Source: Fusobacteriota bacterium
Lineage (GTDB): Bacteria; Fusobacteriota; Fusobacteriia; Fusobacteriales; JBNJFI01
Direction of reading: 5' to 3'
Assembly (NCBI GenBank): GCA_051746725.1
Contig: JBNJFI010000063.1
Coordinates: forward strand, 1-12,058
DNA length: 12,058 nt
The notes below the pieces were generated by a model. That model made no database searches. It was not told the DNA's origin and saw only the letters and a list, made by a program, of their open reading frames with translations. This document shows positions 1 through 8,164 of the stretch, in pieces; positions within the stretch are counted from its first letter, which is position 1; every line of letters starts with the position of its first letter. The position numbers and the translations under genes were made by a program.

Positions 1-1
1 C

Positions 2-244
2 TGTTTTTTTTAAACCTTCTAAAAATATAGAAGTTTGATTTTTCAAAGTGTACATTCCGCCAAAATTTATGCTTAAATTCCCAGTTTCTGATTTCTCATA
101 ATACATTCCCATAGCGCCCATAAGTAGGCTAGTCTCTGGACTACTAGCAATAAATGGTATTGGATATATTTTTCTTTCTACATCTTCTGAATATGATAAT
201 ATACTTAGAAATAAAACTAACAGACTAACTGTTCTAAATTTCAT
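2..244 (-). CDS. 5' part (runs off window) of a probable Omp85/BamA-TamA-like outer-membrane barrel protein lacking POTRA domains
   Basis: Not in the ORF track; hand translation from ATG at 244: MKFRTVSLLVLFLSILSYSEDVERKIYPIPFIASSPETSLLMGAMGMYYEKSETGNLSINFGGMYTLKNQTSIFLEGLKKT. AAGGAG RBS at 250-255. It has a signal-peptide-like N-terminus, and its 'PIP..SPET...G' and 'YTxKNQ' motifs resemble barrel-only Omp85-like proteins (recalled similarity). Confidence 0.7.
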   Translation of the reverse strand, partial: MKFRTVSLLVLFLSILSYSEDVERKIYPIPFIASSPETSLLMGAMGMYYEKSETGNLSINFGGMYTLKNQTSIFLEGLKKT

Positions 245-291
245 TTTTTCTCCTTTTAAATTTTTCCTGGTTAATTTGTCCAAAATCCTTT

Positions 292-840
292 TTAAAATAT
301 AAATTCAATTTCAGCTCCATATTCTGCTCCAGTAAAATCAGCAGTCCCATTATCAGCCTTTATTTTATTATTTCTATAATTGATTTTACCTTTTAATCTC
401 ACCTTTTTTGCAATAGGATAATTTGCTTCTATACCTGTTTTAAATCCAAATGAAGAATCCTCATTTAGATTTCCATATGTCAACAATTCAAAATAATACA
501 TTCCAGCCCCTGAATATAATGATACATATGGTAAAACATCATAGTTTACTGTTAATAAATAACCTGTTGTTTTAACTTCAAAATCTTCATTATCATATTC
601 GATCTCCATACTATCAAGCTCTCCACCAAAGGCTATATTTTCTGTAAACCATCTTCTTACACCCAAAGTAAAACTAACTCCTGAATCCTTTTCTTCATCT
701 GCCATATCATTTATATCTTCCATTTTAAAAGTACTAAGTCCAGCTCCCATATGGATATTCCACTTTCCTATTTTCTCTCCATTAGCTAATAAATTAAAAC
801 TAACCATTAATATAATTAATACAACTACTCGTTTTTTCAT
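292..840 (-). CDS. Small outer-membrane beta-barrel protein (OmpW/OmpA-barrel-like)
   Basis: Signal peptide MKKRVVVLIILMVSFNLLA, alternating amphipathic strands, 'YVSLYSGAGMYY', 'SSFGFKTGIEANYPI', and a C-terminal 'GAEIEFIF' beta-signal. Start moved from 855 to ATG 840 because GGAGGAA (847-853) is a well-spaced RBS for it. Confidence 0.8.
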   Translation of the reverse strand: MKKRVVVLIILMVSFNLLANGEKIGKWNIHMGAGLSTFKMEDINDMADEEKDSGVSFTLGVRRWFTENIAFGGELDSMEIEYDNEDFEVKTTGYLLTVNYDVLPYVSLYSGAGMYYFELLTYGNLNEDSSFGFKTGIEANYPIAKKVRLKGKINYRNNKIKADNGTADFTGAEYGAEIEFIF

Positions 841-941
841 TTTCTTTTCCTCCATTTTATTTTTTTATTTTAAATCTATCCTAAATACTACACCTTTATA
901 TAAGCTTATTTTTAATATTGGAAATTATTTGATCTTTTATT

Positions 942-1820
942 CTACGTATGAGACATCATTGGATAGGTTATCCCTTTCATGTCTAAATCTCCTTTTACAA
1001 ATAAAGGATCATCTTCTGCAATATCATCAAACTTTTTTGTCTCAAACTTTATATTTTTATCATCTATATTCATATGTAACTCTATCTCTTCTACTTCATC
1101 AGAAGTAATTGACTGAATAACTTTTTTGTAATCAACCTTTTTTGTGGAAACAATATCATAAATATTTAATTTTTTATTCTCCAAAGAATATATTGCGATA
1201 GTGTCATTTTCTTTGTTATAATAAATATTATCTGTAAAAATGGTAACACAGTACCAAAACAATATTTCCTCATTATTTTCAATAAAAAATCTATTTGAAG
1301 TTGGAATTCTATCTCTTCCTATTCTCCTTAATATCTTTATGTCTTCTTTATTATTTATGTTTAGTTTCCGAAATTCCATCTCATGACTCCTTTTAATTTT
1401 TTCATCTACAAAAATTCTATCTCTAGAAATAATTTTATATCCAAATTTTGGATAAAAGTCTCTAACACTATTATTAGCAAATAAAAGAAAAGTTTCAAAT
1501 TCATTCCTATATTTTTTTTCTACAAATTCCATTAATTTCCTAGCTAAACCTTGATTTCTATAGTCCTTATCTGTCATTACAGTTCCTATCTGCAGAACTT
1601 TCCTAATTTTTCCATTTTCTCTAAGTCTCATCTTAGTAACAGACACATTTGATATTATTTTTTCTCCATTATAGTATGAATAGCAAATATAATCTCCTTT
1701 CCATAAACCTTTTTGATACCATTTTTCAAAGCTTATTCCAAAGGTATCTTCGCATAGTTTATTAAAACTTTTTCTTAATTTATCATTATCTTTATAATTA
1801 TATATTATTGTTAGATCCAT
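942..1820 (-). CDS. GNAT family N-acetyltransferase
   Basis: Acetyl-CoA-binding motif A 'IGTVMTDKDYRNQGLARKLM' and 'FYPKFGY' in the N-terminal half; AAGGAG RBS; 292 aa. Confidence 0.9.
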   Translation of the reverse strand: MDLTIIYNYKDNDKLRKSFNKLCEDTFGISFEKWYQKGLWKGDYICYSYYNGEKIISNVSVTKMRLRENGKIRKVLQIGTVMTDKDYRNQGLARKLMEFVEKKYRNEFETFLLFANNSVRDFYPKFGYKIISRDRIFVDEKIKRSHEMEFRKLNINNKEDIKILRRIGRDRIPTSNRFFIENNEEILFWYCVTIFTDNIYYNKENDTIAIYSLENKKLNIYDIVSTKKVDYKKVIQSITSDEVEEIELHMNIDDKNIKFETKKFDDIAEDDPLFVKGDLDMKGITYPMMSHT

Positions 1821-1842
1821 CTCATCTCCTTTATAAATTTAT

Positions 1843-2910
1843 TTATTGTTTTTTCAATACTACATCCACCATGATATCATGAAACTTATCTGGTTCACTC
1901 CATATCTGACCATGTGCAGAATTTTCAAACCAATAAAGCTTTTTCTCAGGCGCTTTAATTTTTTTAAAATATTCGTCTATAAATTTAGCTGTATAATCAT
2001 GTCTTCCCATCATATAATACACAGGAACTTCTAATTCAGTAGCTTCCTTGGTAAAATCAAATTCTTGAAGCTGTTGATAAACAATTTCAAATGTATTTAA
2101 CATCCCTTTTACTAATCGAACTTTATCGTAGGCTGTATATTCAGGTATAAATAATACACTTGTTGGATTATACCATTCACGATTTTTTTCATGATATGGA
2201 TTTTCTTTTCTGTAATACTGTGCATATGTTGTCAAAAAAGGTTTATATCTTTTTAAAATATTATCGCCATAATATGGTGGTTTACCGTATTCTATCATTT
2301 TTTCTACCCGCTTATTATCTCCATACTTTTTTGCAGATTTCATTACAAAATCATACATATACTCATCTGTTTTTCTTACATTAACCATCTGAGCTGCTCC
2401 AATATACGCATGATAATTATCGGGATATTTTTGTATAGCCATTGTTCCTATAATTGTTCCCCATGAATGACCTAAAAGATAAATTTTTTCTTTAGAAAAT
2501 CTAGTTTTTAAATATTCTGTTAATTCATTAATATCTTCTACATATTGTTCTACTTTAATATCCTCTTCATTTTTAATTGCTGGATATGATTTTCCGCATC
2601 CCCGCTGTTCCCAATTCACTACAACAAAATTATCTTCTAGATTTTTATTATACTCAATAAATCTTCCCATTTCACTTGCTCCAGGACCTCCTGATAACAT
2701 AAGTAATACTGGTTTAGTTTTATCTTCTCCCCTCATAACAATCCACTGATCTACACCTCCTAATTTTATCTCTTCCATCTTTGCTATACTTCCCACAATT
2801 TTTTCTCCGTTGGAATCAACTATAACATCTGTATGACCTGGCATCAAAAAAGTTAACCCTAAAACTACTGTTATTAAAAATCCCATTCCTATCACTGCTC
2901 CTTTTTTCAT
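1843..2910 (-). CDS. Membrane-anchored or exported alpha/beta hydrolase (proline iminopeptidase/S33-like)
   Basis: SGGPG oxyanion motif, WEQRGCGKS, nucleophile elbow GHSWG, acid in GRHD, His in NSAHG; hydrophobic N-terminal segment. Confidence 0.9.
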   Translation of the reverse strand: MKKGAVIGMGFLITVVLGLTFLMPGHTDVIVDSNGEKIVGSIAKMEEIKLGGVDQWIVMRGEDKTKPVLLMLSGGPGASEMGRFIEYNKNLEDNFVVVNWEQRGCGKSYPAIKNEEDIKVEQYVEDINELTEYLKTRFSKEKIYLLGHSWGTIIGTMAIQKYPDNYHAYIGAAQMVNVRKTDEYMYDFVMKSAKKYGDNKRVEKMIEYGKPPYYGDNILKRYKPFLTTYAQYYRKENPYHEKNREWYNPTSVLFIPEYTAYDKVRLVKGMLNTFEIVYQQLQEFDFTKEATELEVPVYYMMGRHDYTAKFIDEYFKKIKAPEKKLYWFENSAHGQIWSEPDKFHDIMVDVVLKKQ

Positions 2911-3137
2911 AATCTCTCACCTTTTTCTTTTTTTCTTTCAATTTTGATTAATTCTATTCCCAAATCTCTAAACCTACTAATTACGGAATAAAACTTTGAT
3001 AAATCCATTCCGTAACCTGATAATTTCATATTTCCATTTGATAATCTTTCCATCTTAAACCTCTCCAATTCCGAAAAACCTCTTTTGCTTATTTCACCTT
3101 TAATTATAAATTCATAATTATATGCTTTGTCTCTCAT
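2907..3137 (-). CDS. Small conserved hypothetical protein (76 aa), of the type found next to MalT-like LuxR regulators
   Basis: Strong AAGGAGG RBS and ATGA overlap with the hydrolase start (2907-2910). The pattern 'YEFIIKG...LSG..D...YSVISRFRDLGIELIKI' resembles the recalled 'YEIRVKG...DQAALHGLL..IRDLGL.L.SV' family. Confidence 0.75.
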   Translation of the reverse strand: MRDKAYNYEFIIKGEISKRGFSELERFKMERLSNGNMKLSGYGMDLSKFYSVISRFRDLGIELIKIERKKEKGERL

Positions 3138-3164
3138 TTTTCCCTCCTTTCATCTTACAAGGAT

Positions 3165-3213
3165 ATTATACAAGATAATGTAATAAAAAACACCTATCGA
3201 AAGTTAGGGATTT
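3165..3213 (-). promoter_or_regulatory. Putative activator-dependent promoter: -10 TATAAT plus upstream imperfect palindrome
   Basis: Perfect TATAAT on the minus strand at 3165-3170, with no -35 consensus at 17 bp (GTGTTT). CCTATC-GAAA-GTTAGG palindrome (one mismatch) at 3193-3208. Confidence 0.6.
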
Positions 3214-3235
3214 AAATAAAAAAAGTTAGGGATTT
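3200..3235. repeat. 14-bp exact direct repeat AAAGTTAGGGATTT x2, 22-bp period
   Basis: Copies at 3200-3213 and 3222-3235, read directly. Confidence 0.9.
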
Positions 3236-3244
3236 TCCCCTAAC
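3218..3244 (-). terminator. Intrinsic terminator after the MalT-like regulator gene
   Basis: Minus strand GTTAGGG-GAAAAT-CCCTAAC (7-bp stem) followed by T7, starting 5 nt after the stop codon. Confidence 0.75.
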
Positions 3245-3249
3245 CTTTT

Positions 3250-5862
3250 TTATCCCTCTATAATATTGAGTTCTTTTGCTTTATTCACTGCCTGAATTCG
3301 CTTTCTAACACCTAACTTTCCATAAATGTTATGCAGATGCCACTTTGTAGTTCCTACTGTAATAAAAAGTTCTTTTGCAATCTTTTTATTAGTATTCCCC
3401 TTGGCTATAAGTTCTAATATTTCTAATTCTCTTTCTGTTAATGGTTCAATCAAAGATTCATTTGCATCCTTTTTTGAATTCAAACTAGACATATTTAAAA
3501 GAGCATTAATGAAATCTGGCGCCAATGATTTTATCTTTTTCAAACTTGAATTTAAATCATTAATATAAAATAAAAATGGTCTATAAAAGTTTTCTGGGGC
3601 AGTTAAATTTATAGCTTTTTTTAAAAATTCAGTTTCTAAATCTTCATTTCCCTCTTTTTTGGCCAAAATTGACTTTAATATATATAACTCTGGAAGCTCT
3701 CTTCCATGATTAATTAATTCTTTTCTTTCGATGAGTTTATTAAGTAAGTTTTTAGCTTTTTTGTAATCTCTATTTTCAATTAATATTTTTATATAAAGTT
3801 TATTTCCGCCCTTTTTTTCAAAGTCTTCCATATTATTATTTTTTTCTATCCAATCTTTAGTTGATTTTATGTCTCCTTCATGAAATTGAATCTTATTTTT
3901 AATTCCATCTAATTTATATATTAGATATGAAAACTCTATCTTTTTTGCCATCCCATATAACTCTTGTAACACATTCATTGCTTTTTCCTTTTCTCCCATA
4001 TTATAAAAAATGGCTATTAATAATATTTTAGACTCTCCATACATATGAATTAATCCTAGTTTTTCTAAAATATCAAGACTCTCTTCAATACACTTTTTTG
4101 CCTTATCTAACTTATTCATCTCAAAATAAGCCATACCCAACGCTACATTAATTATTTTCCCAATTGGAAGCATTTCTCCTGAACTATTCAAAAAAGATTT
4201 AATCCCTTGTTCGCAATAACTCTTTGCCTTTATTATCTCGCCGGTTTCTATGAGAGTTATTGACATATTTGCCAACGCTAAGGCTTCCAAAAAAGGTTGT
4301 TTAGTTTTTTTACCAGTAAAATATGCTTTTTTGAAATGAACTATTGCTTTCTTAACCTTACCTTTGCTGGATTCAGCCCAGCCTAGAGCTAATAACGAAC
4401 CACAATAAAAAATTGGATCTGAATCTCTTAATAACTCTTCTGATTTTTTAGCTAATTTATGAAAATCCTTTTTTCCACTTGTTATACTTATAATTACCTT
4501 AAAAAAGCTTAACTTCCCAAGTACAATTTTATTATTTTCTAATTCTGGGTCTTCTTCAATTGACATTAGGATAAATTCTGCCTTTGGTATATTACCAGAG
4601 AGAAAAAGAACAAGAGCTTGGTATATTTTAAGTTCAACACTTTTTTCTGTATATTCATCTGGTACTTTTTCTAAAAGAATTAAAACAGAAGTTATTTTTC
4701 CCTCTAATATGAGACTATCCACTGTTTTTACTATTAATTTTAAATCATCCTTATCCATATTCCCCTTAATACAATGATATGATGCTTCCATTAAATTTTC
4801 GTTTTTTTCATGCCACTTTGCAGCTCTTTTATGTAATTTTCTCATCTTATATTTTGTTAACTCTGTTTGTAAATAATCTTGGAATAGATGATGATAACGG
4901 AACCACTCCCCATTTTCATCAAGTGGTATTAAAAATATATTTGTTTTTTCTAAATAACATATTATTTCTTCAGCATCAGAGCGACCAGTTATTTCATTAC
5001 AAAGAGATGTCGATAGATTATCCAATATACTAGTTTCACAAAGAAAGCTATATACTTTCTCTTCTTGATGCTTTATTACCTCTTCAAAAAGATAATCAAT
5101 TACATGTTTATGGCTACCACCAAAATTTCTAATAAAATTCTTTTTTTCATTTTCTTTTTTATCCTTCAATGAAATACTAATTAATTTTAAACTAGCTATC
5201 CAACCTTCAGTTCTATTATTTAAGATTTCAAGCTCTTCATTACTAAATTTCATATTAAATGATTTTTCAAAAAAGTTCTTAATCTCTTTTTTAGTAAATT
5301 TTAAATCTCTTGCTCTGAATTCTAATAATTCCCCATTCAAACGTAACTTTGATATCTTTATATCTGGATCTTCTCTTGTCAGTATTACAAAGTGCATATT
5401 TTCTATCTGATTATCTAAAATTATTTGAAATGCTTTTTTGAGTTTTACATTCTCTATTACATGAAAATCATCTAAAACTATTATAAATTTTTCATTAATT
5501 TTTGATATCTCATTTATAAGACTTGTGATCAATACTCCTATCTCTGGCAACTTAGGAATATTAATAAGTCCTTCTATGGATTTTCCAATATCAGAGTTTA
5601 AAGATTTTAATGCAGTTATAAAATAATTTAAAAATATAACTGGATCATTGTCTTTTTTGTCCAAAGATATCCAAACTTTTTTGAAATCAAAATTTTCTAA
5701 CCAATTAGATATCATACTAGTTTTCCCATATCCAGCAGGAGCTGATACTATAGTAAGCTTTGTTTTTATAATTTTATCTAATTTTTTTTGAAGTCTAGGT
5801 CTAGATATAATTTCTTTATTATTTTTAGGTATATTTAATTTTGTCATCAATAATGAATTCAT
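3250..5862 (-). CDS. MalT-like large ATP-binding LuxR-family (LAL/STAND) transcriptional regulator
   Basis: N-terminal 'TKLNIP...ISRPRL', Walker A APAGYGKTS, Walker B IIVLDDFH, RTEGW, FRYHHLF, a TPR-like helical sensor region, and a C-terminal LuxR HTH (LTERELEILELIAKGNTNKKIAKELFITVGTTKWHLHNIYGKLGV). Confidence 0.95.
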   Translation of the reverse strand: MNSLLMTKLNIPKNNKEIISRPRLQKKLDKIIKTKLTIVSAPAGYGKTSMISNWLENFDFKKVWISLDKKDNDPVIFLNYFITALKSLNSDIGKSIEGLINIPKLPEIGVLITSLINEISKINEKFIIVLDDFHVIENVKLKKAFQIILDNQIENMHFVILTREDPDIKISKLRLNGELLEFRARDLKFTKKEIKNFFEKSFNMKFSNEELEILNNRTEGWIASLKLISISLKDKKENEKKNFIRNFGGSHKHVIDYLFEEVIKHQEEKVYSFLCETSILDNLSTSLCNEITGRSDAEEIICYLEKTNIFLIPLDENGEWFRYHHLFQDYLQTELTKYKMRKLHKRAAKWHEKNENLMEASYHCIKGNMDKDDLKLIVKTVDSLILEGKITSVLILLEKVPDEYTEKSVELKIYQALVLFLSGNIPKAEFILMSIEEDPELENNKIVLGKLSFFKVIISITSGKKDFHKLAKKSEELLRDSDPIFYCGSLLALGWAESSKGKVKKAIVHFKKAYFTGKKTKQPFLEALALANMSITLIETGEIIKAKSYCEQGIKSFLNSSGEMLPIGKIINVALGMAYFEMNKLDKAKKCIEESLDILEKLGLIHMYGESKILLIAIFYNMGEKEKAMNVLQELYGMAKKIEFSYLIYKLDGIKNKIQFHEGDIKSTKDWIEKNNNMEDFEKKGGNKLYIKILIENRDYKKAKNLLNKLIERKELINHGRELPELYILKSILAKKEGNEDLETEFLKKAINLTAPENFYRPFLFYINDLNSSLKKIKSLAPDFINALLNMSSLNSKKDANESLIEPLTERELEILELIAKGNTNKKIAKELFITVGTTKWHLHNIYGKLGVRKRIQAVNKAKELNIIEG

Positions 5863-5899
5863 TTATATCTCCTTTTGATATATATCATTTTATACCTAA

Positions 5900-5928
5900 A
5901 CTATACTATTAAATTTAAAATAAATCAA
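5900..5928 (-). promoter_or_regulatory. Putative sigma70 promoter for the MalT-like gene
   Basis: TTGATT (5923-5928), 17 bp, TATAGT (5900-5905). The AT-rich background lowers specificity. Confidence 0.45.
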
Positions 5929-5935
5929 ATTTTTT

Positions 5936-7033
5936 TTATTTGTATATCTGATATTTTTTAACCTCTTTTTTAATTTTTTTATATTTCTTCATTAATTCTT
6001 TTTTGCTTAATAATTCATCTCCAAAAAAGAATCCATCATTTTCTTTAATAAATTTATATTTCTCATCACATATATTTATGACTTTATTTATCTTTTTAAT
6101 TGTATCTGGCGTACAGCTTTTCCCACTAATATCATCATGTACATCTAGCAAATAAGATCTAAAAGATTCTAAACAATATATTGTTTTTAACTCCTTATTC
6201 TTAATTATTCCTTTTTTCCAAAGTTTTAATATATCCTCATAAAATTCAATTATATCTTTATCGGCATTATTTTTAATTAACCAATTTAGTTTTTTATTAT
6301 ATATTTCGATTGCTAATCTTTTTTCCATCTTATAGATATCTAAGACCTTTTTAATTCCTTCTTTCTCTTCTATATTCATTAAATATTGCATAAAGGCTCG
6401 TGTTTCAAATCTCTCTGCCATATGAAATATTGGCAATTCTTTTCCATCTGAATTATATTCTTTTAATGGATTAAATTTGTATGTATAACCAAAATCATAT
6501 AATTTAATATTTTCATTGTTATCTACTAATAAATTTCCTGTGCAAAGATCCCATTCAAATATTCCGACTTTCTCTAATTCCCATAGCACGCTAAATAAAC
6601 TTTTAATTATATTTTTTGTGTATTTTTTCGGCTCTATACCCTCAATCCATTTTGAAAATATAAATCCATTATTTAAGCTAGCATATATTGTATCAACTAT
6701 ACCGTTATATTTATTTGGACTCTTTTCTTTTAATGAATAAAAATCCTCTCTTCTTTGAATCTCATTCAAAAAAGATGTTAAACCATCTACATTTTTAACC
6801 CCAATTTCATCTTTCTCCTTTTTAAGAGTATACTTCTCTCCATTGATATCTAACTTATAAACTCTACCTGTCAAGCCATCTTCAAATATCCTCTCTATAT
6901 ACTCAGGATAATCTTCTATATCTTTTATCTCCTCTAAATTAATGGGCAGATCTCTTATGTCTCCAACCTCCATTTCCTTTTTAGTTTTTAAAAAATCTAA
7001 TTTTCTCTTTCTTCTTACCTCTGCTTTTCCCAT
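5936..7033 (-). CDS. Protein-kinase-like (ePK/APH-fold) phosphotransferase, substrate unknown
   Basis: Gly-loop-like DGLTGRVYKL, beta3 Lys in YTLKK, alphaC Glu in FLNE, catalytic loop EWDLCTGNLLV, LYDFG; AGGAGG RBS at 7039-7044. Confidence 0.8.
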   Translation of the reverse strand: MGKAEVRRKRKLDFLKTKKEMEVGDIRDLPINLEEIKDIEDYPEYIERIFEDGLTGRVYKLDINGEKYTLKKEKDEIGVKNVDGLTSFLNEIQRREDFYSLKEKSPNKYNGIVDTIYASLNNGFIFSKWIEGIEPKKYTKNIIKSLFSVLWELEKVGIFEWDLCTGNLLVDNNENIKLYDFGYTYKFNPLKEYNSDGKELPIFHMAERFETRAFMQYLMNIEEKEGIKKVLDIYKMEKRLAIEIYNKKLNWLIKNNADKDIIEFYEDILKLWKKGIIKNKELKTIYCLESFRSYLLDVHDDISGKSCTPDTIKKINKVINICDEKYKFIKENDGFFFGDELLSKKELMKKYKKIKKEVKKYQIYK

Positions 7034-7064
7034 AATAACCTCCTTTTAAATTATCTGTTTTATC

Positions 7065-7080
7065 ATGTAAACGTTTACAT
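7065..7080. promoter_or_regulatory. LacI-family operator upstream of the kinase-like gene
   Basis: Perfect 16-bp palindrome ATGTAAACGTTTACAT with the central A-CG-T core typical of LacI/GalR operators. Confidence 0.85.
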
Positions 7081-7095
7081 TTAAACACAAAATTT

Positions 7096-8097
7096 TTATT
7101 TTATGTTTTTTACACTATCTCTTATCATAAGTTCTTGGAAAATTACTTTCTTATCCATCTGATTTTCTTTATTAATCATATCTAAAATCAGATCAGCAAT
7201 AACTTTTCCCATTTCATATTGATTTTGCTTCATTGTGGTTATAGCTGGGCTATAATGTTTAGAGATTTCAATATCATCAATTCCCATAACAGAAATATCC
7301 TTTGGAACATTATACCCTCTTTGTTTTAAACGCTTTATTGTTCCAATTGCCATATTATCATTGGATGCTAATATAGCTGTAGGAAGTTTATTTGATTCAG
7401 AAATCAATTTATCTATAGCCTTATATCCTGATTCAATGGAATAGTCTCCTCCTTGAATATATCCTTTATCTATTTTGAATTTATTTTCTTTCATTTTATA
7501 TTTATAAGCTTTTAATTTATCCTTTCCTAAAATATCATAATATGGTCCATCTATAAAAGCTATTTTTTTATGACCATATCCAATTAAAAAGTCCATTGCT
7601 TCTATAGTTCCCTTATAATTATCAGTTATAACACTAGTTATTTTACTTTCATTTATATATTGATCGACTAATAAAACAGGAATTTTCATATTTATCTTTT
7701 CTATCGCATCAATTTTTTCATCTGTAAGTTTACCGGCAAAAAAGATTATACCTTCTACCTGCTTTTCTACAAGGGTCTTTAAGTTTTTCAATTCACCTTT
7801 AAATTTTCCCATGGCACTGGCTATAATGACGTCATATCCATTTTCATTAGATGTTTTTAATATTGCTTCTATTCTATCTGAATAATATCCTACAAATTTA
7901 GGTACCAAAAGTCCTATAGTTTTAGATTTATTTTTTACTAATCCCCGTGCAATTAGATTAGGAACATAATCATTTTCTTTTATAATCTTTTTTACTTTTT
8001 TACGAACTTTTTCTTTTACCCCTGGTTTTTCATTTATCACTCTAGAAACAGTTGCTGTTGAAACATCTGCTAATTTTGCTATATCTTTTATATTCAT
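7096..8097 (-). CDS. LacI/GalR family transcriptional regulator
   Basis: HTH MNIKDIAKLADVSTATVSRVIN, hinge YVPNLIARGL, PTAILASNDNMAIG, VPKDISVMGIDD; 333 aa. Confidence 0.97.
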   Translation of the reverse strand: MNIKDIAKLADVSTATVSRVINEKPGVKEKVRKKVKKIIKENDYVPNLIARGLVKNKSKTIGLLVPKFVGYYSDRIEAILKTSNENGYDVIIASAMGKFKGELKNLKTLVEKQVEGIIFFAGKLTDEKIDAIEKINMKIPVLLVDQYINESKITSVITDNYKGTIEAMDFLIGYGHKKIAFIDGPYYDILGKDKLKAYKYKMKENKFKIDKGYIQGGDYSIESGYKAIDKLISESNKLPTAILASNDNMAIGTIKRLKQRGYNVPKDISVMGIDDIEISKHYSPAITTMKQNQYEMGKVIADLILDMINKENQMDKKVIFQELMIRDSVKNIK

Positions 8098-8127
8098 ATT
8101 AAACTCCTTTGAGATTATTATATTTTA

Positions 8128-8156
8128 AATATATCATATTAAATTATGTTTGTCAA
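8128..8156 (-). promoter_or_regulatory. sigma70 promoter of the lacI-family gene
   Basis: TTGACA (8151-8156), 17 bp, TATATT (8128-8133) preceded by TGn (extended -10). Confidence 0.7.
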
Positions 8157-8164
8157 TATATTTT

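Noticed and set aside
890..899. ACACCTTTAT shared with the hairpin arm at 8235-8244
   Set aside because: A single 10-bp AT-rich match with no partner arm; plausibly chance.
1846..2384. Plus-strand ORFs 1846-2034 and 2160-2384
   Set aside because: Antisense shadows inside the hydrolase gene, with no recognisable motif.
3193..3244. GTTAGGG repeats as a CRISPR array, telomere-like repeat or IS end
   Set aside because: Only 2-3 short copies, no spacers of CRISPR size, no cas or transposase genes; better explained as operator and terminator.
3326..5033. Plus-strand ORFs 3326-3568 and 4779-5033
   Set aside because: Antisense to the well-supported MalT-like gene; F/S/L/I-rich composition typical of shadow frames in AT-rich DNA.
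3250..5862. STAND ATPase as an Avs-type antiphage protein, or as true malT
   Set aside because: The effector is a C-terminal LuxR HTH, with no nuclease/TIR/SIR2 domain. No maltose genes are nearby, so the malT symbol was not assigned.
6516..6740. Plus-strand 74-aa ORF
   Set aside because: Lies antisense within the kinase catalytic core and has no independent support.
5936..8097. Kinase plus regulator as a HipBA-like toxin-antitoxin pair
   Set aside because: The regulator is a full-length LacI with a ligand-binding domain, not a small Xre antitoxin, and I see no HipA-specific features.
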